Assembly (NCBI GenBank): GCA_038883655.1
Contig: JAVZLQ010000003.1
Coordinates: 227,735-291,734 of the forward strand
Direction: 5' to 3'
Origin: Candidatus Bathyarchaeia archaeon
Lineage (GTDB): Archaea > Thermoproteota > Bathyarchaeia > Bathyarchaeales > Bathycorpusculaceae
Length of the DNA: 64,000 bases
Of the stretch, positions 47,361 through 56,771 are shown in pieces. The notes under the pieces were generated by a model that saw nothing but the letters and a program-made list of their open reading frames with translations, made no database searches and was not told the origin of the DNA. The position numbers and the translations under genes were made by a program. Numbering within the stretch: the stretch's first letter is position 1; the number at the start of each line of letters is the position of its first letter.

Positions 47361-48458
47361 TTGGTGAGTCTGTTGTTAAATTTGAAAGTTGAGCGCCTTG
47401 AAGAATATCTTTCCGCAGTATACAAGGCAAAGGTCAAGGTTCTAAGCGTGACTCCAATGGGTACGGCAGAAGCAACAGAGTTAAAGGGCTTCGGTTATGG
47501 CGTACCCTACTTAATCGATTTTACTGTTGATAAGGAGCGTAAGCGTGTTGTTTTGGAGTCAATGCGACCAGAAGGTTTTGGGCACGATCACTTCTCTGAT
47601 CGGGCCGCGGTATTGTTGTGGCAACACTCAACCTTTAACAAATTGCCTAAGCATGTGCAGTCAATTGATGTAGGCGCCTTTTTGAAGGATGGTGAAACCC
47701 TAAAATCTCTCGGTGACTGCTGCGAGTTCTTTATTGTGACAGAGTTTGTTCAAGGCACACCTTACTATTATGATTTAGATCGCATTAAAGAGTCCGGAGA
47801 ACTTTCAAATCTGGATGAAGAGCGTTGTATTGCCTTGTCAAATTACCTTGCCCAAATCCATTCTGAAAAGAACAAGGAGCAGCCTGGACTTTATGTTAGA
47901 CGTATTCGCGATTTGGTTGGTCACGGCGAATGCATTTTTGGGCTTACTGATAGCTATCCACGCGACTTAAAATACGTCAACGAAAAATACTTTGTTGAGT
48001 TTGAAAAATTATGTGTGGAATGGCGCTGGCGCCTCAAGGGAAAAGTGCATAGGCTTTCACAAGTTCATGGCGACTTTCACCCATGGAACATCCTGTTCAA
48101 GCAAGGGCTAGAATTCATAGTTTTAGATCGTAGCAGAGGCGAGTGGGGCGAACCCGCGGACGATGTGACCGCCCTTACAATAAACTACATTTTCTATTCA
48201 CTACAGACTTTTGGCAAAATGGATGGGCCTTTTCTACGGCTGTTTCTGCTCTTCTGGAGAAATTACTTGGACAAGACGGCTGATGAAGAAATATCAAGTG
48301 TTGTGCAACCCTTTTACGCTTGGAGAAGCCTCGTCATAGCTTCACCAACTTGGTACCCAAACCTTTCAGTAGACGTTCGACAAAAAATTTTCAAGTTTGC
48401 CAACAAGATGCTCAAGACCAAAAAATTCGATTTCGAAAGTATAGAGAGTTTCTTTTAG
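47361..48458 (+). CDS. Aminoglycoside-phosphotransferase-fold kinase
   Basis: Brenner motif HGDFHPWNIL; LDRSRGEWGEPADD. Confidence 0.88.
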   Translation: MVSLLLNLKVERLEEYLSAVYKAKVKVLSVTPMGTAEATELKGFGYGVPYLIDFTVDKERKRVVLESMRPEGFGHDHFSDRAAVLLWQHSTFNKLPKHVQSIDVGAFLKDGETLKSLGDCCEFFIVTEFVQGTPYYYDLDRIKESGELSNLDEERCIALSNYLAQIHSEKNKEQPGLYVRRIRDLVGHGECIFGLTDSYPRDLKYVNEKYFVEFEKLCVEWRWRLKGKVHRLSQVHGDFHPWNILFKQGLEFIVLDRSRGEWGEPADDVTALTINYIFYSLQTFGKMDGPFLRLFLLFWRNYLDKTADEEISSVVQPFYAWRSLVIASPTWYPNLSVDVRQKIFKFANKMLKTKKFDFESIESFF

Positions 48459-48532
48459 AACAGTTAAATTCTTCGTGACGGCAAAAGTTTTAAAGATAAT
48501 CTGAATAACCCCTTAAGTTGTGGTCTTTGAAC

Positions 48533-48649
48533 ATGGGATCCATAAAGGACATAAAGAAAGCCCTTAGAGATATGGGATACTCCAGTAGGGCCGTGGATGA
48601 AATTTTAAAATGGTATAGGTGTGAAAAGGCAGCAGATGAGCGTAAGTGA
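48533..48649 (+). CDS. 38-aa small helical protein (RuvA-C/UBA-like)
   Basis: MGSIKDIKKALRDMGYSSRAVDEILKWYRCEKAADERK; its TGA overlaps the next GTG start (GTGA). Confidence 0.6.
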   Translation: MGSIKDIKKALRDMGYSSRAVDEILKWYRCEKAADERK

Positions 48650-49596
48650 ACGGCATATATCTCCTAACAATTTCTGTTAAAAAGGAGATTCGTCTAAAAA
48701 TTGGAAGTTTGGGAATCAGAAAGTTTGATAGAGGACTTTATGTTTATGTTGGTTCCGCGCAGAAAAAACTTGAAAAACGGATAATGCGGCACATGAGGCG
48801 TAATAAGCGTAAATTCTGGCACATAGACCATTTACTAAGCAATGAAAACACAGAAATCGTAAAAGCGTTCTATAAAGAGGTTGAAAGCACTTGGGAATGT
48901 AAAATCGCAAGTAAACTCTGCGAAATCGGTTTTCCAGTAAACGGATTCGGTTCATCTGACTGCCAATGTAAAAGCCACTTGTTCAAAATCAAAGATCATC
49001 AATCTTTAATAGGGTTTATAAAAGCAAATAGTTTTAGGGTGGCTCCTACGCGCGAAGGCTGGTGTGTCTGGGTTACCGGCTTACCTGGAAGCGGCAAATC
49101 AGTGGTCTCAAAAACGCTGATAACACTTCTTAAAAAAAGAGGTATTAATGCGCAGCTTCTTTCTTCGGATGCTTTGCGAAGAGTGATGACGCCAAAGCCA
49201 AAATATACGCTGGATGAACGCGACGCTGTCTATGCAACGCTCATTTACATTGCAAGACTTCTAACAGAAAACGGCGTTAACGTGGTTATAGATGCAACTG
49301 GAAACTTGCGACGCTACCGCGAAAATGCAAGAGTGCAAATACCAAAATTTATAGAAGCTTATCTTGAATGCCCGTTGGAAGTTTGTATGGAACGCGAATC
49401 AAAACGCAAGGATACGCGCCTTGCTCCAAGAAAAATCTATGAGAAGGCTTTGAAGGGAAAGGCGCCAACCGTGCCTGGAATAGGGCAGCCATATGAGGAG
49501 CCCTTAAATCCAGAAGTGAAGGTTGATTCCGCGAGTGTGTCTCCGTTGGAGTGTGCTAAAAAAATAATGGCTGTTATTGTCGAACGTTATTGCTGA
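48646..49596 (+). CDS. DUF123 GIY-YIG nuclease fused to an APS-kinase-like P-loop kinase
   Basis: GIYLL..YVYVGSA..WHIDHL..GFGSSDCQCKSHL followed in frame by WVTGLPGSGKS..PYEEPLNPE. Confidence 0.88.
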   Translation: MNGIYLLTISVKKEIRLKIGSLGIRKFDRGLYVYVGSAQKKLEKRIMRHMRRNKRKFWHIDHLLSNENTEIVKAFYKEVESTWECKIASKLCEIGFPVNGFGSSDCQCKSHLFKIKDHQSLIGFIKANSFRVAPTREGWCVWVTGLPGSGKSVVSKTLITLLKKRGINAQLLSSDALRRVMTPKPKYTLDERDAVYATLIYIARLLTENGVNVVIDATGNLRRYRENARVQIPKFIEAYLECPLEVCMERESKRKDTRLAPRKIYEKALKGKAPTVPGIGQPYEEPLNPEVKVDSASVSPLECAKKIMAVIVERYC

Positions 49597-49603
49597 TTGA
49601 CGT

Positions 49604-49846
49604 TTATTCTTCGGTTTCCAGTTTGTAAAGCACTTTGCAGCCTCTTAGTGTTTCGTGGACTGAGCATGCGACTTGTAAGATGTCTTCTAATGAGGGTTTC
49701 TTTTTGCCCCAGTCATAAACGTGATCATGGACTCCTTTTAGGGGTTTAAATCCAAGTGAGCGTAGACGTTCGACAACGTCTATTGGATTTGCTCCTTCAC
49801 TGTAAAATATGATGTTCAAGTACGTTTTCATTTTCGTTTTCTCCAC
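49604..49846 (-). CDS. Small conserved hypothetical protein
   Basis: MKTYLNIIFYSEGANP..GFKP..HETLRG. Confidence 0.75.
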   Translation of the reverse strand: MEKTKMKTYLNIIFYSEGANPIDVVERLRSLGFKPLKGVHDHVYDWGKKKPSLEDILQVACSVHETLRGCKVLYKLETEE

Positions 49847-49922
49847 TAGAATTGCTTGAATACTTTTTTAAGAACATATAACTTTCGCTTTTCGTGAAGG
49901 CTTGATGAACAATTCTTTTACG

Positions 49923-50543
49923 TTAAGGCTTATACTTTTTAACATATTCAATTACAGTTCCAGCTTGCTCCTTTGATATTGCACCCGACTTGCGGAGGCT
50001 TTCCACCATGCTTGAGATTGTTGTTAACGCGTGGACTTTGTACCCCAGCTTTTCAAGGCTCTCTTTGCCGCTTTGCTCTCTATCCACAACAACTACAATG
50101 TGCCTAACTTTTGCTCCAAGTTCTTCTAGGGGTTTTATCCCCTCAAGTTTTGATAAGCCCTCGCTGATAACATCGTCGAAAAAGACTATGTACTCACCCT
50201 CCTCCACATTTGCTCCAGCAATTCTTCCGGTTGCTCCGTAAGCTTTTTCCTCTTTCCGCACAATCACGCATGGCAGTTCCAAGCGACAAGCAATACTTGG
50301 CAACACAAGCGCACCTTTCAACTCTATAGATGCAAGCTTATCCACTTTTTCTGAAGCCATTATCCTTCTTATCTCGTCGGCAACGACGTTCACTATTGTG
50401 CATAGTGCTTTTGGCGAAGATAATAAACATGCTAAGTCGATGTAGTAGGGGCTTAAGGCTCCAGACTTAATTTTGAAACTGCCAAACTTTAAACAACCAG
50501 AGCTATAAAGCGCATCCGCAACCAGCGACACAACCTTTGACAT
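49923..50543 (-). CDS. pyrE: Orotate phosphoribosyltransferase
   Basis: FGSFKIKSG..SPYYID; PRPP motif FFDDVISEG. Confidence 0.92.
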   Translation of the reverse strand: MSKVVSLVADALYSSGCLKFGSFKIKSGALSPYYIDLACLLSSPKALCTIVNVVADEIRRIMASEKVDKLASIELKGALVLPSIACRLELPCVIVRKEEKAYGATGRIAGANVEEGEYIVFFDDVISEGLSKLEGIKPLEELGAKVRHIVVVVDREQSGKESLEKLGYKVHALTTISSMVESLRKSGAISKEQAGTVIEYVKKYKP

Positions 50544-50675
50544 TTGGTTTCCCCCGCCCTAATCACTTTGCAATTTTGGATTTAATGCTTGCCCCTATAA
50601 CTTAAAATGTTCACAATAACGGTAACATTTATAACTAAATGTTGGCATTCCATAAAGACGCGAAGCGGACAGACG

Positions 50676-51689
50676 ATGGGTCACAGGAAAACGCATGCTC
50701 CGAGGCATGGTTCACTTGCCTATTTACCTAGGAAACGCGCCAAACGCCTCTTAGCTAGAACACGTTACTGGCCGGAAATCAAAGCCGATGCGCCTAGGCT
50801 TTTAGGCTTTATTGGTTATAAGGCCGGAATGACTCACGTTTTTACGATTGAAGATAGGAAGCGTTCGCCAAACTTTGGTAAAGAAGTAATGCGTCCAGCA
50901 ACAGTTGTTGAAGCGCCACCGCTGTTAATATGTGCAGTTAGGGCATACACAAAAACTCCTTATGGCTTGAAAACTCTTTCTGAGGCTTGGATGAAAGATC
51001 CGCCAGGCGACCTTGAGAGGGTTTTAACGCTTCCAGAGAACTTCAATACTGAGGAACAGTTAAAGAAAATCGAGCAAAATCTGGATAAGATTGTGGAAAT
51101 ACGCGTAATAGCTGCAACTCAACCCAAACAAACAAACTTGTCGAAGAAGAAGCCTGATATGGCTGAAATAGGAATTGGCGGAGGCGCCGTTCAGCAACAA
51201 TTTGAATACGCTAAAGGTCTACTTGGAAAAACTGTTTCTCCAGCAGAGGTTTTCAAGGAAGGTCAATATGTAGACGTTATGGCGGTTTCAACCGGTAAAG
51301 GCTTTCAAGGACCAGTTAAACGCTGGGGTGTAACAATACTGCAACACAAAGGTAGAAAAACGAAGAGAGGTATTGCAACATTAGGTCCATGGAACCCGCA
51401 CCGCGTAATGTACAGTGTCCCAAGAGCTGGACAAATGGGCTTCCACCAGAGAACAGAATACAACAAACGAATCCTCAAAATAGGCAATGATGGAAAAGAA
51501 ATAACGCCGAAAGGTGGATTCATAAGATACGGTCCAGTTCGCGGGCCATACATGATATTAGAGGGAAGCATACCTGGAACTGAAAAACGTCCAATAAAAC
51601 TTCGTTATCCGGCACGTCCTCCAAAAGGTGTCTCAGAGGAATCACCGCAAATAACGTTCGTATCGCTTGAGTCGCCGCAGGGGAAGTAG
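50676..51689 (+). CDS. rpl3: Ribosomal protein uL3
   Basis: PRHGSLAYLPRKRA, GYKAGMTH and GKGFQGPVKRWG motifs. Confidence 0.98.
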   Translation: MGHRKTHAPRHGSLAYLPRKRAKRLLARTRYWPEIKADAPRLLGFIGYKAGMTHVFTIEDRKRSPNFGKEVMRPATVVEAPPLLICAVRAYTKTPYGLKTLSEAWMKDPPGDLERVLTLPENFNTEEQLKKIEQNLDKIVEIRVIAATQPKQTNLSKKKPDMAEIGIGGGAVQQQFEYAKGLLGKTVSPAEVFKEGQYVDVMAVSTGKGFQGPVKRWGVTILQHKGRKTKRGIATLGPWNPHRVMYSVPRAGQMGFHQRTEYNKRILKIGNDGKEITPKGGFIRYGPVRGPYMILEGSIPGTEKRPIKLRYPARPPKGVSEESPQITFVSLESPQGK

Positions 51690-51703
51690 AACGGTGAAGA
51701 CTC

Positions 51704-52492
51704 ATGGTTAAAAAGACAGCGAAAGTTTTCAACCTTCAAGGAAAACCGATTGGAAAAATAGTGCTTCCACCAATTTTCGAGACTCCAATAAGACCAGACG
51801 TTATTAAACGCGCTGTCCTCGCAATACAATCAGCACGAATTCAACCTCAAGGAAGAGATCCGATGGCGGGCAAGCGGACCTCTGCAGAATCCAGAGGAGT
51901 TGGGCTTGGAATTGCGCGTATTCCGCGTGTGAAGGGACCTGGAGGTAGGGCTGCCTTCGCTCCTGGAACCGTGGGTGGCAGGGCTGCGCATCCACCAACT
52001 TCTGAAAAGAAGATTGTTAAGAGGATTCCTCGAAAGGAGAAGCGTTTGGCTTTGTTCTCTGCGATAGCCGCTACTGGGCATAGGGAGATTGTGGCTTCTA
52101 GAGGGCATGCTGTTGAAGATGTTCCAGCAATTCCGCTTGTGGTTACCGACGATTTGGCGAAGTTGAAAAAAACAAAGGAGGTTGAAGAGGCGTTAGTAGG
52201 TCTTGGGCTTCTATCTGACATTTACCGTGTTAAAGAGAGCCGCAAGGTTCGAGCGGGGAAAGGCAAAAGGCGAGGGCGGAAAATGAAGCAGGCTGTTGGA
52301 CCGCTAATTGTTGTTGCGGAGAATAACGGCATTACGAAAGCAGCTGAAAACATTCCGGGCTTAGACGTCGTTGCTGTTAGGGATTTGAACGCTGAAGTTC
52401 TTGCTCCAGGTGCGCATCCAGGTAGGCTTACAGTGTGGACTGTGGGCGCCATTGAAAAATTGAGTGAACTTTACGGAGAGGAGAAAGCCTAA
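51704..52492 (+). CDS. rpl4: Ribosomal protein uL4
   Basis: QPQGRDPMAGKRTSAES; LAPGAHPGRL. Confidence 0.98.
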   Translation: MVKKTAKVFNLQGKPIGKIVLPPIFETPIRPDVIKRAVLAIQSARIQPQGRDPMAGKRTSAESRGVGLGIARIPRVKGPGGRAAFAPGTVGGRAAHPPTSEKKIVKRIPRKEKRLALFSAIAATGHREIVASRGHAVEDVPAIPLVVTDDLAKLKKTKEVEEALVGLGLLSDIYRVKESRKVRAGKGKRRGRKMKQAVGPLIVVAENNGITKAAENIPGLDVVAVRDLNAEVLAPGAHPGRLTVWTVGAIEKLSELYGEEKA

Positions 52493-52752
52493 TGGACGCG
52501 CATGAAGTTATTCTTTATCCGCTAATGACCGAAGCGGCAAGCATTATGGTTGAAAAAGAGAACAAGCTCGTCTTTATCGTTAATAAGAAAGCGAGAAAGG
52601 CTGATGTTAAAAGGGCTGTTGAAGAACTTTACGAAGTTAAGGTTGAAAAGGTAAATCTTATGATAACTCCTCAAGGCGAAAAGAAAGCCTTTGTAAAGCT
52701 TCACTCAGATTATAGGGCTGCAGACGTTGCAATTAAGCTCGGAATACTGTAA
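52492..52752 (+). CDS. rpl23: Ribosomal protein uL23
   Basis: PLMTE..NKLVFIV..KKAFVKL. Confidence 0.97.
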   Translation: MDAHEVILYPLMTEAASIMVEKENKLVFIVNKKARKADVKRAVEELYEVKVEKVNLMITPQGEKKAFVKLHSDYRAADVAIKLGIL

Positions 52753-52774
52753 AGTATAATGTGAGGCGATTGAT

Positions 52775-53524
52775 TTGGGAAAAAGAATTCGTGTTCAAAG
52801 GCGCGGGCGTGGCGGTCGCCCATATAAATCTTCAACTCACAAAAGGGTTGCTCCAGCACAGTATCCACTAACGATAACAAAGCAAACGTGTGCTGAAACA
52901 GTCATAAATGGCGTAATCGAAGAATTTGTCCACGACCCAGGGCGAGGTGCTCCACTAGCCCTTTTAAGATTTGAAAATGGCACTACATGCTACACGGTGG
53001 TTCCAGAAGGCGCCTATGTTGGACAACGGATACAGATGGGTGGAAAAGCTTCTGTTGAAGTTGGCAACATTCTTCCAGTTGGGAAAATTCCAGAAGGCAC
53101 CATGATATGCAATGTTGAACTGCGACCTGGCGACGGCGGCAAAATCGCAAAATCTTCAGGAACATATGCAATCGTTGTTTCGCACACTCCTAGAGGAACG
53201 ATAATTAGACTTCCTTCAGGTAGAACAAAGTACGTGTCAGATGATTGCAGAGCCACAGTTGGGGTTGTTGCTGGCGCTGGTAGAACAGAAAAACCGTTTC
53301 TTAAAGCTGGTGCAAAGTTCCATTTGATGCGGGCGAAAGGACACAAGTACCCAAGAACTCGCGGGAGGGCGATGGTTGCTGCCGTACATCCATATGGAAG
53401 TAGCAAGAGAAGTGCACGTAAGGTTACGACCACCTCGCATGGTGCACCGCCAGGACAAAAGGTTGGGTTAATTGCAGCGCGTGGCGCTGGGCGAAGAAAG
53501 AGGAAAATCTCCAAGGAAGAGTGA
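52775..53524 (+). CDS. rpl2: Ribosomal protein uL2
   Basis: GKRIRVQRRG, HDPGRGAP and PPGQKVGLIAAR motifs. Confidence 0.98.
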   Translation: MGKRIRVQRRGRGGRPYKSSTHKRVAPAQYPLTITKQTCAETVINGVIEEFVHDPGRGAPLALLRFENGTTCYTVVPEGAYVGQRIQMGGKASVEVGNILPVGKIPEGTMICNVELRPGDGGKIAKSSGTYAIVVSHTPRGTIIRLPSGRTKYVSDDCRATVGVVAGAGRTEKPFLKAGAKFHLMRAKGHKYPRTRGRAMVAAVHPYGSSKRSARKVTTTSHGAPPGQKVGLIAARGAGRRKRKISKEE

Positions 53525-53575
53525 ACAGAAAGTTTATAGGCGTTGTGTGTTATCGCATCTGGTGGGCTGGGTTAG

Positions 53576-53980
53576 ATGCCGCGTGAGTTTAGATACCGCG
53601 GGTACACGCTTAACCAACTGCAAAGCATGTCGATGGACGAGTTCATTAGTTTACTCCCTGCTAGACCGCGGAGAACCCTCCAACGTGGACTCAAACCACA
53701 ACAACGGATTCTGCTCGAAAACATAAGGAGGGCGAAGGAAGCCCTTAGACAAGGGAGCACGGTTGTTGTAAAGACGCATGTGCGCGACATGATTATTCTG
53801 CCAGAAATGGTTGGCGTAACAATCCAAGTGCATAATGGCAAAGAGTTTGTTCCAGTTGAGATAAAGCCAGAAATGATTGGACATTATTTGGGTGAATTTG
53901 CCATCACAAACAAGCCAGTAAAGCACGGTGCGCCCGGCATTGGCGCATCCCGCTCTTCAATGTATGTGCCATTAAAATAG
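53576..53980 (+). CDS. rps19: Ribosomal protein uS19
   Basis: [15 protein letters not shown]; MIGHYLGEF. Confidence 0.98.
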   Translation: MPREFRYRGYTLNQLQSMSMDEFISLLPARPRRTLQRGLKPQQRILLENIRRAKEALRQGSTVVVKTHVRDMIILPEMVGVTIQVHNGKEFVPVEIKPEMIGHYLGEFAITNKPVKHGAPGIGASRSSMYVPLK

Positions 53981-53988
53981 CTTTTTAG

Positions 53989-54426
53989 TTATGCCGTGTA
54001 TTCTCTTCCAGAAGTTTTCTTTTCCACCTGCGTTTTCATTTCTGGAATTTGCGGTAATGGTATTGGTGGAGGAATGTTTATTGTTCTTGAAACTATTACG
54101 GCTTCTACTAATGCCACGTTGGAAATTGATTGTATGACAACTGGTGGTGGAGGCTTCTTCTCCTCATAATCCTTGTAAATCTTCTCGATTTCGCTCTTAT
54201 CACCGACAACGTATGCTTTTCCTTTTAGGGTTATCTGGGCTATTGAAGGGTTAAAAGTGATTGAGAGGATGAATGGAACTTCTAGGGAGTCATCAGACCT
54301 CTTTTCAAAGCCCACAACGTTTATGTTCGTGTTGATTTGTACTGGCGGAACAGCTTTCTTAATGTCCAAGAAGCGCTCAGCGGAGATGTTAGTTATTAAT
54401 ACGTTAACTTTAATCATCAGTCTCAT
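53989..54426 (-). CDS. Archaeal hypothetical protein (possible SecB-like fold)
   Basis: ISAERF..INTN..PSIAQITLKG..IPPPIPLP. Confidence 0.75.
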   Translation of the reverse strand: MRLMIKVNVLITNISAERFLDIKKAVPPVQINTNINVVGFEKRSDDSLEVPFILSITFNPSIAQITLKGKAYVVGDKSEIEKIYKDYEEKKPPPPVVIQSISNVALVEAVIVSRTINIPPPIPLPQIPEMKTQVEKKTSGREYTA

Positions 54427-54463
54427 CAGACTAACTTCAACGTGTCGCACAATTTAAAGGTGT

Positions 54464-54673
54464 TCATTTTTCCGCGGGCTTATACCTGGTGAAACCACAG
54501 CGTCCACAAGTGTATCTGTCGCCATGGTCAGCCATAAAATATCCCGGGCCGCATCTTTCGCATGTCGGACGCAGCCTAACGACCTTGTCTTTCTCAATTT
54601 TATATAGAGAAAATACGCCCTTTCTCTTTTTCCCAGCGTTTTTCTCTTTTTCAGTTCCTTCATTCTTTGACAT
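54464..54673 (-). CDS. rps27ae: Ribosomal protein eS31 (S27ae)
   Basis: CERCGPGYFMADHGDRYTCGRC. Confidence 0.96.
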   Translation of the reverse strand: MSKNEGTEKEKNAGKKRKGVFSLYKIEKDKVVRLRPTCERCGPGYFMADHGDRYTCGRCGFTRYKPAEK

Positions 54674-54676
54674 ATT

Positions 54677-54982
54677 TTACTTTCCCTCTTCCTTCTTTTC
54701 TCGGGGAGCATTTCTATTGATTATGTATTCTGGCTCGACAAGCTTTGCATGCTCAACTGAGTCATAAACGTTTGCGAGTCCCGTGGCTATCTGAGTACCC
54801 GTTTTGGTTTCAATTTTCTTTATAAAAACAAGTTCAACATTAACCTTTAACGCGTCGGCAACAGCTTTTCTAATCTCCAACCTCTGAGGCGTGCTGCCAG
54901 TTTGGTCGTGTTTTATCTGGAAATGGACTTCTCTCCGCTTTAAAAGCGGATTTTTCTTCTCTGATACTATCGTGATTTCCAT
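54677..54982 (-). CDS. rps24e: Ribosomal protein eS24
   Basis: NPLLKRREV..TPQR..VYDS..EPEYIINRN. Confidence 0.96.
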   Translation of the reverse strand: MEITIVSEKKNPLLKRREVHFQIKHDQTGSTPQRLEIRKAVADALKVNVELVFIKKIETKTGTQIATGLANVYDSVEHAKLVEPEYIINRNAPREKKEEGK

Positions 54983-55023
54983 GCTATTCCCCGTTTTAAT
55001 GTTGAGTTGAATGTGCCGCCTCA

Positions 55024-55557
55024 TTATTTAGCTTTTCGAACATTTCCCATTGCTTTTAAAATTTCTTCAATCTCTTTCCTTTTCTCTTGAGTGACTTTAA
55101 TTAGAACTGCTCCTTGATGTGGCTGTCCGTAAATTACAAACGAGTTTTCTGGTGCGTAAAGAACAGCAACGAGTGTGAGTAAATCTTCTTCTCCATCAAC
55201 AAAAATTTTAACGTTAGTGGCGCAATTTAACGCTTCTCTTATAGCCCTTATAGCCCCTTCGGTTATTGTTCCCGCAGGGTTCACGGTGCTCATTTCCTTT
55301 TCCACTGGCAAATTTATTGGCTGGGTTTTCTTCCGCATTACTCTGTTGTCGACGATTGCGAGTTTTGGAAGAATCCCATTTTCCACAAGGTTCCTTGAGA
55401 CAGTGTCGCCAACCGATATTATTGCTGGCGGCTTTTCACATTCAATCATACTTTTTATTCTGGCTGTTGTCTCATTAAACGAGCCTTGAATTAGCATGCC
55501 AAGCGGCTTTTTCAGCTTTACGCGTAATTCTGGAGTTAAAATATATGCAAAATCCAA
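55024..55557 (-). CDS. GTP-dependent dephospho-CoA kinase (DUF359)
   Basis: LKKPLG, VGD, NPAGTI, DGEEDL and YGQP motifs. Confidence 0.92.
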   Translation of the reverse strand: MDFAYILTPELRVKLKKPLGMLIQGSFNETTARIKSMIECEKPPAIISVGDTVSRNLVENGILPKLAIVDNRVMRKKTQPINLPVEKEMSTVNPAGTITEGAIRAIREALNCATNVKIFVDGEEDLLTLVAVLYAPENSFVIYGQPHQGAVLIKVTQEKRKEIEEILKAMGNVRKAK

Positions 55558-55558
55558 T

Positions 55559-55744
55559 TTACCTAACCTTTAAAGCGTATCGACCCTTCTCTTTTATGTT
55601 CATGGCTTTTGCTATTGCTGAGCCTTGCGGGTCAAAAATTATTACTAAACCACTAAAATCGTCGCTTAGGGATGAACCCTTACATTTTGGGCAAGTATTC
55701 TCTTTTGTTATGAAGTGACAAGTTATGCATGCTTTTTCGCTCAT
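55559..55744 (-). CDS. spt4: Transcription elongation factor Spt4 (RpoE'')
   Basis: KACITC..CPKC..SAIAKAM..GRYALKVR. Confidence 0.96.
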   Translation of the reverse strand: MSEKACITCHFITKENTCPKCKGSSLSDDFSGLVIIFDPQGSAIAKAMNIKEKGRYALKVR

Positions 55745-55754
55745 TCAAGCATCC

Positions 55755-56351
55755 CTACTTTTTGGTTGCCTCTGCTTGTTCGGTCTTTTTTGCTACACTT
55801 TCCTTTATTTTCTTCACGTCTTGTTCAATCCACTCCAGCTTACCCAAAAATGGTTGTCTAGCGGTTACTCCAATTTTGCCAGAACTCCCAACCCTGCCAA
55901 GAGAAACAGCCGTAATCCTAACGCGTACTGGGTCTCCGTTCGTAAGCTTCCTTTTTGTCTCTTTTCCCTGTAAAATTCCCTGTTTTTCGTCGTAGGATAT
56001 GAAGTCGTCCATTAACTGCGAAACATGAAGCAAAGCGTCCACCGGTCCAATGCGCACAAAGGCTCCAAAATCAGCAATTTCCACAACCTCACCCTCCACA
56101 ACCTCCTGGATTTGCGGAAAGAATGTTAGCAACGAGAATGTTACTTTGTGGTAGGTTGCGCCGTCGCCTGGAATTATTTTCCCTATTGGACTTACGTTCA
56201 CTTCTGTGACGGCTATAACATAACCTAACTCTTCGTCAACAACCCCTTCATACTTTGCTTTGACTTGCTGTCGTCCAACAACATCAAGTGGGTTTCCAAA
56301 TGTTTCTGGTGGAATGCGAATTGTATCTTCCAAGGTGATGAGTTTAAACAA
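55755..56351 (-). CDS. rpoE: RNA polymerase subunit Rpo7 (E')
   Basis: IIPGDGA; S1 domain FGAFVRIGPVDALLHVSQ; RQPFLGK. Confidence 0.97.
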   Translation of the reverse strand: MFKLITLEDTIRIPPETFGNPLDVVGRQQVKAKYEGVVDEELGYVIAVTEVNVSPIGKIIPGDGATYHKVTFSLLTFFPQIQEVVEGEVVEIADFGAFVRIGPVDALLHVSQLMDDFISYDEKQGILQGKETKRKLTNGDPVRVRITAVSLGRVGSSGKIGVTARQPFLGKLEWIEQDVKKIKESVAKKTEQAEATKK

Positions 56352-56354
56352 GGG

Positions 56355-56771
56355 TTATATCCTCCCATCAATTTCTAAACGTGACTTTTGCCTCACATAA
56401 ATGACTGGCACACTTATATCTCTTAACCTCCTTCTCAATATTCTGTCATTCGTGAACACTGGAATTTTCCATTTGCTTGCAAACTCAACAATCTCCTCAT
56501 CTGGTGAAATGGTTCTCTCGCATGTTTCAATTAATTTGCATTTTTCAGCTAAATGCAATGCGTAAAACGCCTTTTTGCGCGTGCTTGGCGCACCATGTTC
56601 TGCGAGCTTTTCAAGTTCTCTTCTAACACTTGAGAGTATGATTGGCTCAACGTTTGCCTTTAAGATGTTTCTCAATTCTGCAAAGATGTCAATTTTAAAT
56701 TGAAGTGGCACAAATAATGCGTTTGAATCTAAAATAACCTTCACATTCGCTTTTTTCAAATTTCTCGTCAT
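56355..56771 (-). CDS. Fcf1/Utp24-like PIN domain protein
   Basis: ILDSN..DIF..TNDRILR; usual position after aIF2-gamma. Confidence 0.88.
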   Translation of the reverse strand: MTRNLKKANVKVILDSNALFVPLQFKIDIFAELRNILKANVEPIILSSVRRELEKLAEHGAPSTRKKAFYALHLAEKCKLIETCERTISPDEEIVEFASKWKIPVFTNDRILRRRLRDISVPVIYVRQKSRLEIDGRI

